Part shown: piece by piece, positions 45,472 to 55,959 of the stretch | How positions within the stretch are numbered: the stretch's first letter is position 1 | How the letters are laid out: every line of letters starts with the position of its first letter | Source: an uncultured Actinomycetes bacterium | GTDB lineage: Bacteria; Actinomycetota; UBA4738; JBBDTT01 | DNA length: 64,000 bases | Assembly: GCA_963742735.1 (NCBI GenBank) | Contig: CAVUMN010000003.1 | Location: 160,001-224,000 of the forward strand | Reading direction: 5' to 3' | The notes under the pieces: generated by a model | The model's input: only the letters and a program-made list of their open reading frames with translations | Database searches by the model: none | What the model was told of the DNA's origin: nothing | Translations under genes and position numbers: made by a program

Positions 45472-45510
45472 GGAACGCGGCGTTCGAGCCGGGCGCGGTA
45501 CGCTCGGTGC

Positions 45511-48159
<2,649 letters not shown>

Positions 48160-48166
48160 CCCGCGG

Positions 48167-49663
48167 TCACAGCACGACCTCGCACTCCAGGACCAGATCG
48201 CCGACGTCGAACGAGCAGCTGTCCGTCCCCACGGAGCCGCGGACGAAGTCCTGTGTGTCCCCGTCGTCGCCGTGGAGGACGTCGTTGCCGGCGAACCCCA
48301 TGACCCAGCTCCCCACGCCGCCGAACCTGGCGGTCAGGACGTCGTCGCCACCCGATCCGTACACGTGGACGAACGAGGCGATCACGTCGGTGCCGAACGC
48401 CCCCGAGCTCGTCATCGCGGTCAGGTCGATCGTCTGTCCGGGACCGGATCCCTGGATGTCCGAGTACTCGATCGTGTCCGCCCCCGGCCCGCCGTCGGAC
48501 ATGGGGTCGTCCCCGAAGCCAGGCAGGAGGCGGTCGTCGCCGTTCCCGCCGTAGAGGCTGTCGTTCCCGAGGTTGCCGCGGACCTTGTCGTTCCCGTCGC
48601 CACCGCGAACGACGTCGTGGCCCTCCCTGCCGTCCAGGTAGTTCGCCTGCCCGTCGCCCGTGATGTCGTCGTTGTAGGGCGAGCCCTGGACCTGCTCGAT
48701 CGTGCTGACCTGAGCCCCCGCGGGCCCGGCGAACACGATCGAGTCCCACCCCGCGGCCTCGTTGTACCCGTAGCCGGCCGCGAGGTCGACGACGACTCCG
48801 GAGCCCGACACCGTGGTGTCGTAGAAGCCCGCCGCGTCCAGTCCGGCGCGGCCGTCCAGGTAGTCGTTCCCCCGGCAGCCGAGGAGGGTGTCGCCTCCGG
48901 CGCCGCCGATGAGCACGTCCCCGCCGTCCAGGCCGACGATGCCGTCGTCTCCGGGACCGCCGCAGATCACGTTGGCCGTCGGCGAGGGGTCCGCCAGCTG
49001 ATCGTTGCCGGTCGTGCCCAGAACATGGCAGTTCTCGCCGTGGGGCGTCGAGTCCCACACCCGCCAGTCCTGCGCGGAGTCCGTGTCGTTGTCCATGGTC
49101 GGGCGGAACAGGGAGAAGTCGGGCTGGACGCCGTCGTCCGTGCCCACCGCCGGCCCCAGGTTGATCAGCGGGCCTCCCGCGATCCGCGCCGAGGGGATGT
49201 CGGCCTCGTACGCCACCGCGTCGAACACGAAGTTCGTCGCGGTGTTGATCAGCGCGAGCCCGTCGGGCCCGTTCTGGATCTGGTTGCTGTCACCCGGGAG
49301 CGCGAACGTCGCCGACCCGCCGGGCATCAGGAACGGCAGCGTCCCGCTGGCGATCGTCACGATGCCGAGCGGGGGGATCGAGCCCGACAGCGGGACCCGA
49401 AGGTATTCGCTCGCCGGCGTGTCGCCGGCGTTGAAGAACACGACCGCGACGTTGGTCAGGCCGACCGACGTCCGGGCCATGTTGTAGATCTCGACGAACT
49501 CCGCCGTGTCCGTGGAGGGCTGGTCGTAGTCGACCTCGCTGATCACGAGGTTCACCGACGCAGCGCTTGCGGGCGCGGCGAGGATTGGAACAAGGGTCGC
49601 CACGACCATCGCGGCGAGCAGCCATCCCAGGCGACGAAGTCGCGGAGCGGGACCGGGCAGCAT
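48167..49663 (-). CDS. Secreted protein with lamin-tail-like domain and hemolysin-type Ca-binding (RTX) repeats
   Basis: Signal peptide ending ASA; LVISEVDYD..EFVEIYN..IQNGPD; many GGxGxD nonapeptides. Confidence 0.88.
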   Translation of the reverse strand: MLPGPAPRLRRLGWLLAAMVVATLVPILAAPASAASVNLVISEVDYDQPSTDTAEFVEIYNMARTSVGLTNVAVVFFNAGDTPASEYLRVPLSGSIPPLGIVTIASGTLPFLMPGGSATFALPGDSNQIQNGPDGLALINTATNFVFDAVAYEADIPSARIAGGPLINLGPAVGTDDGVQPDFSLFRPTMDNDTDSAQDWRVWDSTPHGENCHVLGTTGNDQLADPSPTANVICGGPGDDGIVGLDGGDVLIGGAGGDTLLGCRGNDYLDGRAGLDAAGFYDTTVSGSGVVVDLAAGYGYNEAAGWDSIVFAGPAGAQVSTIEQVQGSPYNDDITGDGQANYLDGREGHDVVRGGDGNDKVRGNLGNDSLYGGNGDDRLLPGFGDDPMSDGGPGADTIEYSDIQGSGPGQTIDLTAMTSSGAFGTDVIASFVHVYGSGGDDVLTARFGGVGSWVMGFAGNDVLHGDDGDTQDFVRGSVGTDSCSFDVGDLVLECEVVL

Positions 49664-49755
49664 GGTTCCTCCTCTCCGGGGGAGGAGACGCGCGAACGCT
49701 AGCAGGGGGGTCTGACACGGCCTCCCCCCGCCGGAACCGAGTCGGGGTCGGGGCT

Positions 49756-49788
49756 CGTCACCGAACCTTCACGACGTCTTCACGCGTT
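49756..49788 (+). promoter_or_regulatory. Three 11-bp-periodic direct repeats (OmpR/PhoB-type box candidate)
   Basis: CGTCACCGAAC / CTTCACGACGT / CTTCACGCGTT; TCAC at 49758, 49769, 49780. Confidence 0.5.
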
Positions 49789-49828
49789 CCGCTCCTCCGG
49801 CCGCCGGGGATGCCGTAGAACGTTCGGA

Positions 49829-50239
49829 ATGCTTGGACCTGTCCTCCTCGAGGCGTCGCCAGTGCTGGGCGGACAGGCGGGCCAGGACGGCATCGTGCTG
49901 CTCCCGCCGTTGCTCTTCCTCTTGCTTGCACTCGCGTTCCTGATCGCGGGACCGATGATCGGGGCGGCAACGGTGGGCCTGCTCGTGGCCGTCGTGCATC
50001 TCATGCGGCGACTGGGCGGGGAAGCGCAGCTCCTCCGAAACGGTGGCTCGGAGGCGGCTAGTGGGAGTGGCCGGCGTGGTCGTGGCCGGCGTGGCCGCCG
50101 CCGTTTCCGGACGGCGCGGCGCCCGCGGCGACCGTCAGGCCGAGGGGCTTGCCGACCTTGCTCTTCGACAGCCGGGCGATCTGGCTCGCCACCTCGCGGA
50201 GCTGGACGCTGGCGGGCGAGTCGGGGTCGGAGACCATGA
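49829..50239 (+). CDS. Possible small membrane protein
   Basis: Hydrophobic LLPPLLFLLLALAFLIAGPMIGAATVGLLVAVV; TAGAAC 7 nt upstream; overlaps mrp 3' end by 182 bp, so doubtful. Confidence 0.35.
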   Translation: MLGPVLLEASPVLGGQAGQDGIVLLPPLLFLLLALAFLIAGPMIGAATVGLLVAVVHLMRRLGGEAQLLRNGGSEAASGSGRRGRGRRGRRRFRTARRPRRPSGRGACRPCSSTAGRSGSPPRGAGRWRASRGRRP

Positions 50240-51224
50240 TCGGGGTGCCGGAGTCGCCGCCCTCGCGCAGGCTGGCCACCAGCGGGATCTGGCCGAGGAG
50301 CGGCACGTCGAGCGTCTCGGCCGCCTCGCGCCCGCCGCCCTCGCCGAAGATCTGGTGGCGCTCGTTGCAGGAGGGGCACACGAAGTAGCTCATGTTCTCG
50401 ACGACGCCGAGGACCTTCAGCCGGGCCTGGCCGGCCATCTTCCCCGCCCGCTCGGCGACCTTGCGGGCCGCCTCCTGCGGGGTGGTGACCACCAGCATGT
50501 TCGCGCCGGGGAGGAACGAGGCCATCGAGATCGACACGTCGCCGGTCCCCGGGGGCAGGTCGGCGAGCAGGAAGTCCAGGTCCCCCCAGTAGACGTCGCC
50601 CAGGAACTGCTGGACGGCCTTGTGGAGCATGGGCCCGCGCCAGATCACCGGGGTCTCCTCCGGCACGAAGAACCCCATCGAGATGATCTTCACGCCGTGG
50701 GACTCGAGCGGCAGGATCATCTGGTTGAACGCGACGGGCCGGCCGGAGATCCCCATCATCCGGGGGATGGAGAAGCCCCACACGTCCGCGTCGAGGATGC
50801 CCACGCGGTGACCCTCCGCGGCCAGCGCCACGGCCAGATTCGCGGTCACGCTCGACTTGCCGACGCCGCCCTTGCCGGACGCGACCGCGATCACGCTGGT
50901 CTGCCCGTCGGTGAAGAACGCCTGCGCCTCGGGCCGGCCGCCGCGCAGAGAGGTGACCAGGCCCTCCCGCTGCTCCGAGGACATCTCGCCGAGGACCACG
51001 TCCACCCGCGTCACGCCCTCCAGGGGCGCGACGGCGTCGGTGACGCGGCGGTTGATCTCGTCCTTCAGGGGGCAGCCGGGAACGGTGAGCAGGACGTCCA
51101 CGCGGACCACGCCGTCGGGGGCGATCGCGATGCCCTTGAGCATCCCGATCTCCTCGATCGGACGGTTGATCTCGGGGTCGTGGACGCTGCGAAGCGCCTC
51201 GCGTACCTGTTCCTCGGTAACCAT
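50058..51224 (-). CDS. mrp: Mrp/ApbC/NBP35 Fe-S cluster carrier ATPase with N-terminal DUF59
   Basis: VHDPEI..GCPL, SGKGGVGKS, WRGPM, DLPPGTGD, ENMSYFVCPSC; His-rich tail. Confidence 0.95.
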   Translation of the reverse strand: MVTEEQVREALRSVHDPEINRPIEEIGMLKGIAIAPDGVVRVDVLLTVPGCPLKDEINRRVTDAVAPLEGVTRVDVVLGEMSSEQREGLVTSLRGGRPEAQAFFTDGQTSVIAVASGKGGVGKSSVTANLAVALAAEGHRVGILDADVWGFSIPRMMGISGRPVAFNQMILPLESHGVKIISMGFFVPEETPVIWRGPMLHKAVQQFLGDVYWGDLDFLLADLPPGTGDVSISMASFLPGANMLVVTTPQEAARKVAERAGKMAGQARLKVLGVVENMSYFVCPSCNERHQIFGEGGGREAAETLDVPLLGQIPLVASLREGGDSGTPIMVSDPDSPASVQLREVASQIARLSKSKVGKPLGLTVAAGAAPSGNGGGHAGHDHAGHSH

Positions 51225-51288
51225 CAGAGATTTATCCTGTTTGGCACGGTGCCTATCTCACATGGTAGTCGGGGCTCGGAGATGCGTC

Positions 51289-51960
51289 ATGCCTGAGGTC
51301 AAAGATCTCGAGGTCCACAAGGCCCTCGCCGACGACACGCGGTACCGGCTGTACCGCCACCTGGGGCTGGCGGGTCGCCCCACGTCGGTCCAGGAGCTGT
51401 CCCGCCGCCTGTCCCTGCATCCGAACACGCTCCGTCCGCACCTGCGACGGCTCGAGGAGGCGGGGCTCGTCTCCCGCGAGGTCCGCAAGGGCGCCTCGGT
51501 CGGCCGTCCCCAGACCCTCTACGCCCTGGCCGCAGCGACGCCGGGCCCCACGGGCGACCACCGCCTCCTGGCCGAGATCCTGGCCGGCAGCCTGCGGGGC
51601 AAGCGCGCGATGACCGACGTGGAGGCGCTGGCGGAGGAGTGGGGCACGTACCTGGTCAGCCAGGGCGGCCCGAAGCCGGGCGTCGAGCTGCCGGCCCGAA
51701 GGAACCTGGCCATCCTCCAGGAAGCGATGGCGCGGGCGGGCTTCCAGCCGAGGTTCCGACGGACCGGGACGACCGTGGAGGTGACCATGCGCGACTGCCC
51801 CTTCCGCGACCTGGTCGAGGAGCACCGCGAGCTGGTGGAGATCGTTCACCGAGGCCTGCTGACCGGGATGCTGAAGGGCCTGAAGCCGGGGATGAAGCTG
51901 AAGGAGCTCAAGCCCTTCGTCGAACGCAACCTCTGCCGCCTCGTCGCCGGCTCCCGGTAG
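51289..51960 (+). CDS. ArsR/SufR-like HTH transcriptional regulator
   Basis: HKALADDTRYRLY..LHPNTLRPHLRRLEEAGLV..GRPQTLY; C-terminal RDCPF..LC. Confidence 0.88.
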   Translation: MPEVKDLEVHKALADDTRYRLYRHLGLAGRPTSVQELSRRLSLHPNTLRPHLRRLEEAGLVSREVRKGASVGRPQTLYALAAATPGPTGDHRLLAEILAGSLRGKRAMTDVEALAEEWGTYLVSQGGPKPGVELPARRNLAILQEAMARAGFQPRFRRTGTTVEVTMRDCPFRDLVEEHRELVEIVHRGLLTGMLKGLKPGMKLKELKPFVERNLCRLVAGSR

Positions 51961-51963
51961 ACC

Positions 51964-52968
51964 GTGCTCTCTGACACGATCAAGACGGTGGGCGCTTCCG
52001 AGGGACGATGCTCGGGCCGCGGACGAAGACGCCTGAGCCAACCAGCGAGGGCGACGATCTCGCTAAGGCTCGGCTTGGTTCTGGCCACCTTGACTTGTCT
52101 GAGCCACTGCACGCCCAGTGATTCCCGGCCGGTGCCCTCAGCTTCTGCTGCCGCAGAGGAAACGCCTACCCACCTCGCGCTGGATCGCGACGTAACCCGC
52201 GAATTGGAGGAGGCTCTCTTCAGATATGGCGTCGGGTTCAATGCTGGACTGAAGGTGTCTGACGGCCTCCAGGTCTCGGCGGATATCGCCTTCGCCCTCT
52301 ATGAGGCGAATTCCGGCCTCCTCGGGTTTGCGGGTTTCGAGAGGCGCGACGGGGCCTGGCAAGTCGCGGACACGATCGCTGGGCCATGGAGCGAAGTACC
52401 GGAACCTGGCTCCGCCTTTTATGTGCTCTTTCCCGTCACCGTCGATGGCGCGACGGCTGTTGGTGGGCGTGTCGATGCGGAAACAGACGTTGTCATCAGC
52501 CTTGATAGCAAGGGGAGGCCAATCGACAGTGACACTCCGCGGCGGGGCCTTGTGACGCTGATGGCCACTGACGGCGCGCAAGTCCGAGGGCTGGAGGGAG
52601 ACGAGACTGCCTTTGCCTACCCATTCGGTGTCGTTACCGTCCCTGCAGCACAGAGGGTTCCGGCTGATGCCCGAGCGACGACGGATTCGTTCATGTCCTC
52701 CCTGAAATCGGTCGATTGGCCGTCAGCAGCAGGCTTTGTAAGTGATGCGGTGAGTCCTGATGTGTTTGTTGCGCTGCTCCACGATCTCCAGGGTACCGCC
52801 GGTCTCGGAGATGGAGGCGTGCGGCACGACCCCGGAGGGTTCACCTACTTGGTCTCGAACGGGCGCCGCACAGCGTTGCAGCTGCTCCTTCGTCGGGAGG
52901 GCGGGGACTGGAAGGTTTGGTATTACCTGTACCGGTCGTGCGTTGTTAGACCTGGCGTGTGCCCGTAG
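51964..52968 (+). CDS. Hypothetical exported protein or lipoprotein with atypical composition
   Basis: 1 kb open frame; hydrophobic LGLVLATLTCLSHC; many A/T-ending codons; true start probably downstream. Confidence 0.55.
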   Translation: MLSDTIKTVGASEGRCSGRGRRRLSQPARATISLRLGLVLATLTCLSHCTPSDSRPVPSASAAAEETPTHLALDRDVTRELEEALFRYGVGFNAGLKVSDGLQVSADIAFALYEANSGLLGFAGFERRDGAWQVADTIAGPWSEVPEPGSAFYVLFPVTVDGATAVGGRVDAETDVVISLDSKGRPIDSDTPRRGLVTLMATDGAQVRGLEGDETAFAYPFGVVTVPAAQRVPADARATTDSFMSSLKSVDWPSAAGFVSDAVSPDVFVALLHDLQGTAGLGDGGVRHDPGGFTYLVSNGRRTALQLLLRREGGDWKVWYYLYRSCVVRPGVCP

Positions 52969-53005
52969 TAGTTCTCGAGATCTCGATCGGGGATCTGACG
53001 GTCCG

Positions 53006-55159
53006 TCAGGTTCCCAACGGTTCGAGCTCGATGATCGAGTCGAAGATGCGCAGGCCGAGGTCGCCGTCCTCGTCGAACATGTCGTCGGGGCCGAAGACCA
53101 CCGCGACGATCACGGAGCCGTCGTCGGCCAAGCCGGCGCCGGCGCGCACGTCCCCGCCCGGGTAGTCGTACCAGCGCTTCCGGGGGTTCTCCAGGCTCAG
53201 GAAGAAGTCCGTGTCCGTCCCCAGGCTCTCATCGAAAACCGGCTTGCCCGGGAAGAAGTTGCTGAAGATGTCGATGGTTCCGTCCAGCAGGTCGAACGTC
53301 GCGTCGGCTCGCGGCGGCGACCACCGGAACACGTAGACGCCCGCGTCGTTCGCCTCGCTCACGAACCCGTCGTACCAGCCCGCGGCGAAGTGCTCGCTTC
53401 GCACCCAGTCGGTCGGGCGGCACATGGCCGCGTTCAGGTCCCGCGGCACGTACGCGGAGAGCTCCGGCAGCGCCACCTCGGACTCGCCGGTCGACAGCAG
53501 CCGCCCGTTCACGTACAGCTCGACCCGGTAGGTCCCCTCGCGCAGGCAGCTCGGGGGGAAGCTCGAGGCCAGCCACGACCGCAGGACGAAGAAGCCTCCG
53601 TCGTCCTCCTCGGTGGGGGTCACGACCCCCGACACGTTCGGCAGCGAGGCCCACCCCAGCCCGGAGGGGTCCCGGTAGTACCACTGCTGGCTCACCACGT
53701 CGGTCGCCGCGTCGTAGTTCGGCAGGTCGGCCTGCCACTGCACCTCCGCCGGGAACGCCGCCACGTCGATCGCCCCGATCTCCACGGCGGTCTCGCCGAT
53801 GCCGATCATGCCGAGCGAGGCCGACCCGACGATGAGCTCCTTCAGCTCCTGCACCGGCCCGGCAACGTCCGGCCGAGCCCCCACCAGCAGCTCCAGGTCG
53901 GTGAGCGCGCCCGCCACGTAGAACTGCTCGGTCCCGGGGTCCTGGCGAAGGACCTGCTCGCCGACATCGGAGTAGATCGTCAGGCCGATGGCGTCCTCGT
54001 AGGCCGCACGGGCCTCCTCGACCTCGCCCGTCGCCAGCAGGGCCACGCCCAGGTTGTAGCCGAAGATCGGGTTCCGGGGATTGATCTCCATCGCGCGGCG
54101 CGTGTAGCCCACGCTCCGCTCGAACGGCTCGTCGGAGTCCCCGTTCAGTCCCTCCAGGAACGCGTGGAAGCCGAGGTTCCCCAGGACCGTCTGGTTCTCG
54201 ACCCCCAGCTCCAACGCCTTCTCGAGGTCCCGCGTGGAGGCCTCGAGCGCCTCGGGCGCGATCACGCTGAGGGCCCCCTGCGCCTGCGGCGAGCCGGCGC
54301 CGACGATCGCCTCCGAGCGCTCCTGGTACGCCTGCCCGAACGTCGGACGGAGCTCGATGGCTCGGTCGAAGTCGGCGACGGCCGCCTGGTACTGCGCCCG
54401 GGATCCCGCGGACTGCAGCTTCACATGGCCGCTGGCGAACGCGTCCGCGGCCGTCTCGGACGGCGCCTCGGGCGAGGACGCCGCGACCACCGCCGCCCAC
54501 CCCGAGCCGAGCACCACCAGCGCCAGCCCGAGCCCCGCGAACATCCGCTTGATCCCGAACGTCACCGTCAGCGAGAGGCCGAGCAAGTACAGGGCCACGG
54601 CGAAGAGCGTGAGGATCGCCGTGTACGTCGACTCCTTGCTGCTCCACGCGCCGTCGGCCTCGTTCGCCGCGTCCTGCAGCGCGCGGAGCCGGACGGCCCC
54701 GCGGATGGAGTTGGCGAAGAACTCGGTGGGGAACCCGGGATCCAGCACCGGTCCGTCCGGCCGGTCGGCGGTGATCGCGGTCAGCTCGGCGGTCTGCGTG
54801 GCGAGCTGCTCCCACCGGTCCTGCGCCAGGGTGGCCGTCTGCTCGTATGGCCCGGTCAGGAAGATGAACCGCTGCCGGGCCGACGCCGCCAGCCGGCGCT
54901 GCCGGTCCGCCAGCGCGTAGTTCTCGAAGTCGACCTGGGCGCTCTGCTGCGCGCGCAGCAGCTGGCCCATGGCCTGGGTCGCGTACCGCTGCGCGGCCAC
55001 GCCGGCCGCGCTCGACTGGCGTCCCGCCGAGGTCTGCAGGAACCCCACCACGGCCCCGGCCAGGGTCCCGACGACGATGAGGGTCGCCGCGATCCGAGAG
55101 AAGCGGTCGCGGAGCTCTTCGGAGTCCGGCACGTTGATGTCGGGCGCGTTGCTGCTCAC
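53006..55159 (-). CDS. Membrane protein with TPR repeats and C-terminal extracytoplasmic domains
   Basis: Three TM segments, TPR-like AVADFDRAIELRP and YNLGVALLATGEVEEARAAYEDAI. Confidence 0.85.
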   Translation of the reverse strand: MSSNAPDINVPDSEELRDRFSRIAATLIVVGTLAGAVVGFLQTSAGRQSSAAGVAAQRYATQAMGQLLRAQQSAQVDFENYALADRQRRLAASARQRFIFLTGPYEQTATLAQDRWEQLATQTAELTAITADRPDGPVLDPGFPTEFFANSIRGAVRLRALQDAANEADGAWSSKESTYTAILTLFAVALYLLGLSLTVTFGIKRMFAGLGLALVVLGSGWAAVVAASSPEAPSETAADAFASGHVKLQSAGSRAQYQAAVADFDRAIELRPTFGQAYQERSEAIVGAGSPQAQGALSVIAPEALEASTRDLEKALELGVENQTVLGNLGFHAFLEGLNGDSDEPFERSVGYTRRAMEINPRNPIFGYNLGVALLATGEVEEARAAYEDAIGLTIYSDVGEQVLRQDPGTEQFYVAGALTDLELLVGARPDVAGPVQELKELIVGSASLGMIGIGETAVEIGAIDVAAFPAEVQWQADLPNYDAATDVVSQQWYYRDPSGLGWASLPNVSGVVTPTEEDDGGFFVLRSWLASSFPPSCLREGTYRVELYVNGRLLSTGESEVALPELSAYVPRDLNAAMCRPTDWVRSEHFAAGWYDGFVSEANDAGVYVFRWSPPRADATFDLLDGTIDIFSNFFPGKPVFDESLGTDTDFFLSLENPRKRWYDYPGGDVRAGAGLADDGSVIVAVVFGPDDMFDEDGDLGLRIFDSIIELEPLGT

Positions 55160-55959
55160 AGGATCCTCGTCTCGACCAGGGCGAACGCGATGAGCCCGGC
55201 GACGCCCACGGCCACGCCCGCCACCGCGAACAGGCCCCGGATGGCCGCGCCGGCGAACTGAGCGATGGTCAGGAAGAACAGGGCCACGACGACGAGCGTG
55301 AACACGCCGACCAGCCGGACCGTTCGGTCGTGCTCCTCATCGGCGCGGCGGAACGTCGCCTGCGGATCGAGCACCGGCAGGTACTGGTTGTTGGCCTCCA
55401 GGTTGGCCAGGACGAAGTCGCGGTCGTAGGCCACGACCCCTTCGTCGTCGCCGAAGTCGGGGGTGCCTCCCTGGAAGAACCCGCGGAGCGACCGGGCCAG
55501 GGCGAGCTCGCCCTGCGCCTCGGCGGCCAGGGCGTCGGCCAGCTCCTGGTCCTTCCCGCGCTGGGCCTCGGCCTGCTTCTGGAGCAGCCGCCAGGCCAGG
55601 ATGTGCTCCTGGTAGCGGGCGAACAGCCGCTGGTCGTTCGCGACCAGGCCCTCGATCGAGGCCCGCTCCTGCTCCTCCAGGACGAGCTCCTGCGTGCCCT
55701 GCTCGTCCAGGTCGCCCGCCGCGTTCGAGGACACCGACGCGCGCCACGCGACGACCGCTCCCAGGATCGAGGTGACGGCGATGAGGACGGCCACGACGGT
55801 CTTGAACCGGCCGGCGTCGTCCTCGCCGGTGAGGTCCTCGGACGGCGGGACCGGCGGCGGCGCATACGGCGGCTCGGACGACTCGGGAGGCTCGGGAGGC
55901 GGCATCGGACGCTCCAGCCCGAGCTCCTCGGGCGGCACCTCGGGAGGACGGCCGGCCAT
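55156..55959 (-). CDS. Hypothetical 3-TM membrane protein with helical loop
   Basis: Pro-rich N-terminus, VAVLIAVTSILGAVVAWRAS, helical region, two C-terminal TM segments. Confidence 0.8.
   Translation of the reverse strand: MAGRPPEVPPEELGLERPMPPPEPPESSEPPYAPPPVPPSEDLTGEDDAGRFKTVVAVLIAVTSILGAVVAWRASVSSNAAGDLDEQGTQELVLEEQERASIEGLVANDQRLFARYQEHILAWRLLQKQAEAQRGKDQELADALAAEAQGELALARSLRGFFQGGTPDFGDDEGVVAYDRDFVLANLEANNQYLPVLDPQATFRRADEEHDRTVRLVGVFTLVVVALFFLTIAQFAGAAIRGLFAVAGVAVGVAGLIAFALVETRIL

Noticed and set aside
49769-49999. 76-aa minus-strand ORF
   Set aside because: No RBS or promoter and it is antisense to a more protein-like hydrophobic frame
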